Positions 53,651-64,000 of a stretch of DNA of 64,000 nucleotides are shown here, piece after piece; position 1 is the first letter of the stretch, and each line of letters begins with the position of its first letter. The stretch covers positions 85,250,001 to 85,314,000 of the forward strand of contig NC_042998.1 in the NCBI RefSeq assembly GCF_006345805.1, written 5' to 3'. Made by a program: the position numbers and the translations under genes. The notes under the pieces were generated by a model, which ran no database searches, was not told where the DNA came from, and saw nothing but the letters and a program-made list of their open reading frames with translations. The stretch comes from Octopus sinensis (lineage: Eukaryota).

Positions 53651-54397
53651 GAAATACAATTTGGATGTGCTCTTAGGGCAGGAGTATATAGTTGGCAGAA
53701 CTAACCTCTAGCACATGACTGGATATATCTGATACCCATGAACCAAAGTACAATGTCAATCCTGCTGAGATTTTAAGAGATAGAACAATATACTACAAGG
53801 CCCAGTTCTCTGCCAATCCATTTCACTTCTTGCAAAGATAATATCAGTTTCTCATATACATTATGGATGTTAGTTATGTTCATATTTTTATAAAGAGCAT
53901 TAACGGTAAAGCTGAATCGAAATGGTTGACACCAAAAAAAATAGGAATCAATAAAATTGGCTAAAGAACTAACCAAACAGATCAACAAGCCCTCCCAAGT
54001 CACTGATGCTGTGTTGTTTCTACAACAGAGCCAATACTCATTGCTTAACAAGAGTATAATAATGTTTTGTAAGTGTCAGAAGGCTATAAATTTTTGTTGA
54101 AAGTATAATCATTTTAACTGATCTCCCAAGTATTTATTGGTACTTATTTTTATTGACCCCTGCAAATATGAAAGGTAAAGTAGATGTGCATAACAACACA
54201 CAGCAAGATGATTAAGCCTTCACTACCATTTAAACCACTCATATCCGGATTATAGAGTAAAACTTTCGGACAGGTATTTATCATTGGTTCTTCTCTCTTC
54301 AAGAAGAGATTTTCTTCTTGAAAATAAATAAATAAAAAAAATGAAGGTCAAGTTTTCCAGTCTCCCAATATGATGTTATTCTAAAAGAATTACTTAC

Positions 54398-54469
54398 CGT
54401 TGAACTGTCTGTGATTCTCCAAGACAGTTTCCCGTCTATCACAGCTATCTCTTATTACCGGACTGTCTG
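54398..54469 (-). CDS. Internal exon (72 nt, phase 1-1) of an unidentified minus-strand gene; peptide xDSPVIRDSCDRRETVLENHRQFNx
   Basis: Minus strand reads ttatttgtatcatttcag|CAGACAGTCC...CAGTTCAACG|gtaagt: pyrimidine-rich acceptor and perfect donor. Length is divisible by 3, only one of three frames is open, the sequence is non-repetitive and retains CpGs. It could be a UTR exon. Confidence 0.6.
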
Positions 54470-57400
54470 CTGAAATGATACAAATAAGTAATTTTCTTTC
54501 AGATTGCACCTCAGGACAAGTATACTACATACAATATGCAACAACAGTAACTATATAAATGTAATTAAAGAAATTGGTATCATTTGAAGACGAAAGTTTC
54601 AACAGTTTGAAATTCTGCTACTTCTGGTATTCTAAAGCAATTAGTTTAATTGCGAAGTTTATCGCTTTTCCTTTTCTTTCTCTCTTTTTTTTTTGTAATT
54701 TTTCATTTTTTGTTGTTGTATTCAGTTGAATACAATTGGAGATTTCAAAGACTATCATCCAAAGTGAAACACTAACTTTTTAATAAGGTAATGCTAAAAT
54801 TTCCACAGGGGTTCCAATATAAAGATTGCACAGAAGTCCAAGTAATAATTTCAAAATGTTTAACAACCAAAACTGAGACAAAAAATTCTTGAAAATCTTT
54901 TATGGTTACCACCAAAGTAAGTATATGTATGTGTGTGTGTTTGTGTGAGTGCATGTGCTGTGTGTGTATGCTGTATTGTGTGCACATGGATGCAAGTTAC
55001 TGCAGAGGTGCACATATGTGCATATTTACAGAGGTGTTTCTGCAATTCTTAACATGTATACACATGCAGAAGTGTTTGTTCAATTGTGCATGCATGTGTG
55101 CAAATGCACTAGTGCATGTATGCAGAAGTGTTTATTTAATTGTGCATGTAGGTACATGTATGCACAAGAGTTTCTGAAATTGTTTAGGTGTGTGCAATTG
55201 TGCATGTCTGCAAATATGTGCAAGTGTTTGTGCATGTATGCAAAAATGTGTGCATATATATGTGTGTGTGAATGTGTGGACATGCAAATATGTGCATGTT
55301 TTTAAAAGTGTGTTGCATCAGAATTAATGTGTGCATGATATTGCCTGAATGTAGTGTGTGAGTGTCTCTATGTGCACCTTCATGTATATTTGTGCACGTG
55401 TTTCTGTGTATGCACATCTGTATGTGCACATCCATGCATATGTGTGTGCACATCTGTGTATATGTATGTGCACATCTGTGTGTATGCGTCTCTATCTATA
55501 ATTCTTTATCTGTAAGTCTGTCTGTTTTATCAATACTCAAATAAGAAAGTAGAAGACGACATCAAAATCATCAAAAGCACTTTTTCCTATTTCTTCTACT
55601 CTACTATTGCAATAACTTCAAAGTCCAGGAGGAGGAGAAGGAAGAGTAAGAGGATGGAGGAAGAGAGAGGGAGTGGAGGGAAGAAGGGGATGGAGAGGTA
55701 AAAACAATAATCAATAGACAGACTATATTTCCTTATCCTTTGTTCACTGACCATCAATATTGTTTCTGCTGCAAGTAATCTCTAGTTCTCTTTAGATAAT
55801 CTCCTTTCCAGCATCTAGCGGAATAACTACAAGATGCTAAAGACAGAAAGTAAGAGGGGGAAAGTGATAGAGAAAGAGATATGAGAAGAGGAAGAAGAGG
55901 TAAAAAAGGGTAAATGAAATAAATTAGTTTCAATCTTCTTTTAGAAGAATAGCAAATAATAATTCAGCTGGAGATGTTTAGAGAAAATATAGTTAGGATT
56001 TTTATTCTATTTCATCTTTTTTTTTGTTTGTGAGTGTGTGTGTAAGTGTGTGTGTGATGGTATTTTTAAAAAAGAATCTCTTTTTTAAAGGCTCTTTAAA
56101 TTTGTTGTTGTTCGTTAATAATTTGCATGTAGCTCATATTTTACAATGTTTCGTAATAATTTAGTTATCTTTCAAAATATCCATGATTATCAAAGTTTTG
56201 GCTGCTGTTGTTGTTGTTTTGCTGTCAAAAATATGTGTATGTATGTGTGACAATGTGTGATTGTGTATGTGTGTGCATGACAATGTGTTATTGTGTATGT
56301 GTCACAATATGTATGTGTGTGTGAATGACAGAATGCGTGACTGTGTGCATGTGCATAAACATGCGTGTAAATGTGTCTGCGTTGCTCAACATTTTACACA
56401 TTTAAATAATTCATTTATCTTCCGAACACCATTTTCACATGTATATATGAATGAGCAAGTGCATGCACGCATGCATGCCACTCAAATTTTCAAGTTTTCA
56501 TAATTCAATTATTTCTCAAACATCATTATCATATACAGCACCATTATCATTATCATCAACTTATACTTTTCATCAACATTATTGTTGTTGTTGTAGTAGT
56601 CAGTATTGTTTACATCATCATTGTTGCTGTCACTACCTTATTAATATTATTATTATTATTATTATTATGTCATCAAATCTATCAGTCATAATCAATGTCA
56701 TGTCCTTATTGATTTCAACAGCCCAATCACCATTGCTGGTGTCAGCATCATCTTCTTTCAGATCTTCATCATTCTCTTTTACCATTCTGCTATGATGTGG
56801 AAATGTGTACAATACAACAATTATCCTCAAATCTCAGTCTTCCCTCCCATCTGACACAATACCTAGATAAGATTTCACCAACTGACCCCAAAAGTCTCCC
56901 CCATTTAGACTGCAAGATCAGCTCACTAAACCGTATTGTCCACTTAAGTTACATCCCTATTGATACTATTCATTTGTTTTGCATACATCAGCCAACACCC
57001 CTGACACACGCCAATGTTCATTAATTGCAAGCATTTAACTTTCAGCATTTTTAGATAATATTTTTATTATAAAGCCCAAGTGAAAGGAAGGACTAAATTC
57101 AGAGTTAATGCAACATACATAAAATAGAGTTTAGATTAGTTGGGTTAATATTTCAGGAATTCATCTTCAAAGTCTACAGTTTTATAATTGAAATGAAGAG
57201 TGTGCATATAAAAAAGGTAGAGAACGAGGAGAGAGAGAAACTAGTATATACTATCTATCTATCTACCTATATATATATAGTGAGATAGAGAGAGAGAGAA
57301 TATTGGGAAAGACAGAAGTGAGTATATAGTAATGTTTTTAGTGAAAATTTAGAAAGGTTTTTTTTTTAGGAGCATCCATCCACCATAGCAATGCCTGCAT

Positions 57401-58037
57401 GATGACCATTAGGAATGCAAATTCTGCCTCCATACATCAAATGGTCTGGAAGCTGCCTCATAAAGATTTCATCCAGACCTTTCGGTTCTTTTGCCAAATA
57501 AATTTACTAACTTTGCAGAATGCTCCTGCCTACAATCTTCAAGCATGAACACCTCTGACCTGGGAGCATGTATCATGCTTTTACTGATTGTTTTAGGCAC
57601 CTATGTAGTCATGAGCGAACACCTTCTCGGCTTTCCCACCTTTAACTCAACAGTACTTTAAGAATGTGACATTTAGAGGGTCAAACAGCAGCACCATTAT
57701 TCAAATGGTACTCCTTTCCAGTTGAGTAGACTGGAGTAACATAAAATAAATGTAGTCTCCAGTGAGGAATTGAACTCATAACCTAATGACCATGTGCCCA
57801 ACACCCTAACTACTAAACCAGATGCTTTCACAACTCTTTCATGACTATGTTTCTAATGAGTAACCTACCTATGTATTTTCTATCAAGTTTTAATATAATG
57901 ATTTTGGAGAGGCTTAATGAAATATCAGTAATTTTATAAACCAGCAAATTATTTTGGTGGTGACCAACTTAAAACTCCACAGTACCATTCATGTCATGAG
58001 ACTTTTATTGGAATTTTAATTTAAACATTTTAATTTA

Positions 58038-58322
58038 ATACCACTAAGCATTTTGCCCAATGTGCTAACAATTCTGCCAGCTTTCTGCCTTATCTAGTAT
58101 TAGTAATATTGGTTTCAAATTTTGGTAAAAAGCTAGCAAGTTTCGAGGAGTGAGTAAATCATTTATATCAACCCCAGTACTTGACTGGTACTTTTTATCA
58201 ACCCTGAAAGGATGAAAAGCAAAGTTGACCTCAGTGGAATTTGAACTCACAACATAAAGACAGACAAAATGCTGCTAAATATTTTGCCTAGCATGCTAAC
58301 AGTTCTTCCCACTCACCACCTT
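58038..58322 (-). mobile_element. Family-B SINE plus the head fragment of a second copy
   Basis: ccccagtacttgactggtac..gaaaggatgaaaagcaaagttgacctcagtggaatttgaactc. Confidence 0.85.
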
Positions 58323-60929
58323 ACAAGTATTAGTAGTATTAAAAGTAAAATTTGGTTAATACGAAATTTATTATTTTGGCAGGGATTAACTTAGCAAAAT
58401 TTCTCACCAAAGATATATTTCCATCAATATTAGTGCAAGGAACAAAGTTTTCTAAAAATTAAATAAAGTTACTTATTTACTTAGAGAAATTCAATATTTT
58501 CTGATAAACAATTCTTTTTAAATGCCTGACTTGATAACTTTGAAAATTATTAAGCCCTAAAAATACCAACCTGCCTGAGATCATATATGGTCAAACATGA
58601 ATAGATATATATGGTTCTTAAATTACCAGACCATTGAAGCAACACTATCCCCATGATGTAAAACATCTAAAGCAAGTCAGCCAGGCAAATATGACCACCT
58701 GACAGATGATCTGAGCTCAATACTATACATTAATATGCAGCCCTGAGGTCAAATTATCTGTGTCTCCTAGTTTTAGAATAGGCACACCGAATCCCTGTTG
58801 AAAATGCACTTTGGGTCCTTTATCAAGGAGATTTATTTACAACAACTTAATTGATTTCACAGCTTCCTGATTATTAAAAGTAGTGTAAAATGGTAGGGGA
58901 GGGGGTACAGGGAGCTATGCAATAACTATGTTCACTATACACACACATATACATACACTCAGACAAGAAATACATTCATTATACATATATATATATATAT
59001 ATATATATATGCATTTACATGCATGTGGAGCCCACGCTGTATGAAAGGAAAACAAATGTATACTTTGTGTTATTTGCATACGCTCATATACAAAAGCATT
59101 TCATTTTTTAAAATATATTTTTGTCCACTTCATATTCACCCTCAAAAGCATTGTCATAAGAAATTAAGTTGAAAAATTTAACTCCCAAATTCTATTTCGC
59201 ATCCTACAATCTATCAATTTTAGAAATGTGAAATAATTTACAACTAAGAACATCATCTCTGTCTAACGGAACAATAACTTCTGACAAACTTAATTAAGGT
59301 GACATAAATGAATTTAGCACCAAATTTCCTTGTGCGCACCGCAGCAGTCTATAATATAAATCAATATTTATTATTAGTAGACTAATCGAAACAGGCTTGC
59401 TGAATATAACCAGGTCCTAAATGGCAAGTGAAATGGAATAAAATATTCAGAAAACATTTAAATTTCATGAGGTAACACTTTCAGTCAACTTGGAATAGTT
59501 TGGAGATGTGGTTCATTAAAATATAATCAAAGTAACACATCTTGTAACAGATCACTTCAAAATAAACCTCTGTTCTTTACAAAGAGAAGAAATGGATAGT
59601 TTTAGTTAAGCAGATGTCAGTTCATATACTGCCCGATTTAGAGCAGCAACCACCACTAAGAGACCCAACTGTTTTATGACCAAAATCTACCTAGCTGTAT
59701 GTAAATAGCTATGACAGTTAAGTTATGAGTTGTCAGTTTATATCCTATCCAATTTAGAGCAGCACCCATTACTAAGAGACTTGGCTTTTTTATGAACAAA
59801 GTTGAGTTGTATGTAAAAGCTACCACAGACATGTAGTAGTGTGAAAACAATATATCAACTACAAAACATACCATGGTTTGAATTAAATGAATATAAAAAA
59901 TGAAGATTAGTATTTTTTAACTGTTTAAAAACGAAGCTGGAATTATCTTGAAAACATCAAATTAGATATCTCATAGAGAAAAAAATATTTATTTCTTTAC
60001 AAAATCTTGCAACTGATATTTTACTTCCTTTCTAGGAGGAAGGCAGTGCCCATGATTCTTTAAGGCATCTGTACCACCACCACCACCACCTCATAGTACT
60101 TTTTCATTGGCCCTGAGAATGAAAAATTAAGTGGTCATTGATGGAATTTGAACTCAGAATGTTGAGCGTCATATTATCCAACACTAATGATTATGCCAGT
60201 TCACTAAATTATGTCCATTTATCACTTGAATGACAGAATGTATACAAATCTGTTGAGATCAAAGTGTAACTGAACTTGGGGTCTTTGGCGAAAGAATTTA
60301 GTGCCATAATTGATTGATATGCTATAGATGTTCATAGATGATGTAGGACAATAAAAAAAAATGTACAAGACCTTAAGGTTTAAAGGACAATTGATACCAT
60401 AAAAGATGATGAAAAGATCAAGACAGCCATTTTTCATTCTTTATTACTTTTTCTTTACAAAATTGCCAGATGAACAAGTGCCAAACCAAAATAAAACACA
60501 AAAAAATTAAACCAAAAATGGAACATAAATACATATATACATGACCTATGAATATGCATGCGTATCCAACAACACAAGTGTATGTAGATGCTACACACAC
60601 ATACACAACTGAGTGAACAAACAGAAGAAAATGGCACGCAGCATATTTAGTTAGAATTGTAAGTATTTAATAAGTTGACTCAGCTCTATATTACTTAATG
60701 GTTTGTGGTTGCTGATATGTGCTTAGATCTTCAGATATACTGCTCCAGTCTCTATTGAGTGTTACCCGTAAACAGAGAATAATCAGATGAAGTTGGAGAG
60801 ACGACTACTTTTATACTCACTGAAAATTACACTCTCACAGGGGCATTCTATTTCTCCTTTGCACGCATGCACACACACACACACATGTGCATGCATGTGT
60901 GTGTGTGGCATTTGATGACGATAATGATT

Positions 60930-61700
60930 GTTACTCGTTTCAGTTATTAGACTGCAGCAATGCTGGGGCACTGCACCGCCTTGAAGGGTTTATTCACACA
61001 AACCTAACCCAGTAATTCATTTTACTAAGCTCAGCACTTATTCTGTCAATCTCTCTTTGCTGAATTGCTAAGTTACAGGGATGTAAATTAACCAACACTG
61101 GTTGTCAAGCAGTGGTGGGAGACAAACATGAAGACAGACATACACACACACAATGTTTCAGTCTACCAAATCCATTCACAAGCTTTTGGTTGGCCTGGGG
61201 CTATAGTAGAAAACATCTGCCCAAGGTTCCACTGAACCCAAAACCACGTGGTTGGGAAGCTAACTTCTTACCACACCACCATGCCTGCACCAGTGTGTGT
61301 GTTTGCATGTGTGTGTGTGTGTGTGTGTATGATTAAGAAATTCACTTTGCAACCACATGGTTTTATATTCAGATCCTGGGTGTGTGTCTCTGAATTTAGT
61401 CTTAGGCTGACCAATACCTTACGAGTGAATCTGGTAGGTGGAAACTGGATAGAAGCCCATCATGTGTGCGCATGCACGTGCAGAAGCCCAAACATTTTTG
61501 TGTTTGTTCCCCAATCACTTGATAACAAGTGTCAGTTTACTTATTTTCCCATGACTTAACAGTTTGGCAAACACAGACTGATAGAATGAGTACCAAGCAC
61601 CAAAATAAGCACCAGGATTCATTGATTCGACAAAACTCTTCCAAGCAGTGCTCCAGCATGGCCACAGTCTAATAACTGAAACGAGTAATAGAATAAAATA
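60930..61700. mobile_element. Head-to-head inverted pair of family-A SINEs (60930-61290 minus, 61330-61700 plus)
   Basis: Tails ttactcgtttcagttattagactg and cagtctaataactgaaacgagtaa are reverse complements; core motifs occur in both. Confidence 0.85.
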
Positions 61701-61946
61701 CGAGCATGTGGAGAGTAAATATACAAAGAAGGAATAAGGTATAGGAAAAGTATGTATAAATGCGAACATACATAGATAAAGGACAATGGTTATTTTTGCT
61801 GTTTTTGCTTTAAATGTTTTTGACTAGCACCAAGTTAGTCTTGATCAAGCTGACCTATGATTAAATGCATCCTAGCAGGACCATCCCCATTTTACATATT
61901 AAACACTGCATTATCCAATGTGATTCTCTTTAATTTAAAGACGGTC

Positions 61947-62001
61947 GTGTGTGGTGTGTGGTGTGTGTGTGTGTGTGTGTGTGTGTTGTGTGTGTGTGTG
62001 G

Positions 62002-62032
<31 letters not shown>

Positions 62033-62040
62033 TGTGTGGT

Positions 62041-62077
<37 letters not shown>

Positions 62078-62086
62078 TGTGGTGTG

Positions 62087-62117
<31 letters not shown>

Positions 62118-62122
62118 TGTGT

Positions 62123-62198
<76 letters not shown>

Positions 62199-62255
62199 TT
62201 GTGTGTGTGTGTGTGGTGTGTGGTGTGTGTGTGTGTGGTGTGTGTGTGTGTGTGT

Positions 62256-62326
<71 letters not shown>

Positions 62327-62328
62327 TG
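61947..62328. repeat. ~380-bp interrupted (GT)n microsatellite
   Basis: Seen directly. Confidence 0.98.
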
Positions 62329-62538
62329 TATGCTGGCAACATGCATGTGTATTTCAGAGAGACTTGTTTGCTATTGAGAGAGAGAGAGAGATACAAAGCA
62401 CACAGATAAAGAGAAAAGGTGTGTACATAAGTAGAGAGACAGAGAGGGTGGGAGTGCACAAGTGGAGAGTGGAAGTGCATATGTAAGAGTAGAGAGAAAA
62501 GAAAGAGAGAGAGGGTGAATGGTGAGGGAGGAGTGAGT

Positions 62539-62576
<38 letters not shown>

Positions 62577-62992
62577 TGAGAGAGTAATAAAAGATTAGAA
62601 AAAAAGAAAGTGAGAAAGAACAAGTGTAGAGTGGTAGTGAAAGACTGAAACGAGAGAGAGAGAGAGAGCAAGGAGGAAAGTGAGAGAAAAGAATGAAAGA
62701 ACAAATGAAAGAGAGTGAGGGGGGGAGAGAGAGAGAGAGAGAAAGAGAGAAGTTGGCAAGTGCAACAGACTGAGTTGATGAGTGATGATAGACAGTGAAA
62801 GAAAGGGAGATATGTACATAATAAAGTGTGTGTAAGTTGTATAAAGTACTGATTATACAGTAAATCAACCTGAATGTGTGAGTGTGACTGACTGAAATGG
62901 TGGAAGTTAATGTATTGAAGAAACAAACTTCTCCCCCCCCCCCGACCCACCTCTGTCTCCCCTTCCCTATCTATTTCTGTCTGTCTGTCTAT

Positions 62993-63039
<47 letters not shown>

Positions 63040-63165
63040 CCAGTCTGTCTTGGAAGAATACTAAGTCAAAGTGACCTTATTTGAAAGTAGGCTGTGTAAT
63101 AATTCTCAAGCAACAGACTTAAAACAGTTATGTCCCAATTGTTGCAGCAACAGTCAACAATAAAT

Positions 63166-63231
<66 letters not shown>

Positions 63232-63842
63232 AAGAGAGAGAGAAAGAGAGAATGAAAGAGTTAGAGAAAGAGATTAGCAAGCACCATTTTCCGCCTGTGC
63301 AAAAGAAATGTTGAAGCTACTATAATAATAAAATCTATAGGAGGATTTTTGTTTCAACAGTTTCTGAACTGGAGTGGTGTAGTGGTAGTGATGGGTGAAA
63401 TAACAGTATTGGTGATGCTGCTGATGGTGGTGGTGACGTAGGTGACAGTGATGGTGGTGGTGGTAGTAGTCATAGCTGTCTTGATGTTGATAAGATAAAG
63501 ATTAAAAGAAATATTGAAAGGAAAATTAATATTTAAAGAAAACAAAAAATGTCACAAGACCAAAAAGAAAGAAAAGCAAAGAAGAGATAAAAGTCTTCTT
63601 ACTCAATACTGGCTAGGAGATAGATTGATATAAAGAATGGAGGTAAAGGAAAATGAGACTGAAATGTTTACCACTCAAGCACAACAGGGATATATGAAGG
63701 GTAAACTATCCTCAATTAGGAAATGATACAAGCTTACAAACTTGGATCACCTGAAAATTGTTATTATTTTACAATGACAAAAATGCATAACTCTTTGCTT
63801 TTTTGTTTCATTTTCATTATTTTTTTTATATTTCTTACACAA

Positions 63843-64000
63843 GGCGTAGGAGTGGCTGTGTGGTAAGTAGCTTGCTTATCAACCACATGGTTCTGGGTTC
63901 AGTCCCACTGCGTGGCACCTTGGGCAAGTGCCTTCTACTATAGCCTCGGGCCGACCGAAACCTTGTGAGTGGATTTGGTAGACGGAAACTGAAAGAAGCC
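63843..64000 (+). mobile_element. Young family-A SINE, cut by the window end
   Basis: Same head and core as 48704 but retains CpGs (ctgcgtgg, ctcgggccgaccg, gacgg). Confidence 0.9.

Noticed and set aside
54925-55490. RBFOX (TGCATG) regulatory cluster
   Set aside because: The motif is common throughout decayed CA/TG repeats in this window, and only a few copies are on the presumed transcribed strand.
57370-57650. CR1/L2-type LINE 3' remnant (also 12200-12590)
   Set aside because: Only a faint resemblance (LDEIFMRQLPDH), too weak to call without a search.
63843-63915. tRNA gene
   Set aside because: A/B-box-like motifs are present, but the sequence continues into a multi-copy SINE body with no cloverleaf or terminator.
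1-64000. Hammerhead ribozyme or Penelope element
   Set aside because: The CTGATGA matches I checked were not followed by a stem and GAAA. The manual scan was not exhaustive.

Overview
AT-rich, repeat-dense eukaryotic DNA that is almost entirely non-coding. The SINE repertoire and microsatellite load look like an octopus (coleoid cephalopod) genome; this comes from recognising repeat families, not from a database search. The window is a mosaic of at least five interspersed retro-repeat families (my labels A-E), several MITEs (piggyBac-, mariner- and hAT-like), a 5'-truncated R4/Dong-clade LINE with a decayed restriction-like endonuclease, and very long microsatellites. Nearly all supplied ORFs are microsatellite or repeat artefacts. 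The only convincing gene feature is a 72-nt minus-strand exon (54398-54469), so much of the window may be large introns. I found no clear novel protein-coding system. The most notable observations are head-to-tail SINE arrays at (ATT)n tails with nearby inverted arrays, a patchwork insertion templated from local sequence, a 13-copy motif array with variable spacers, and candidate recursive splice sites. Repeat boundaries were read by eye and are approximate.
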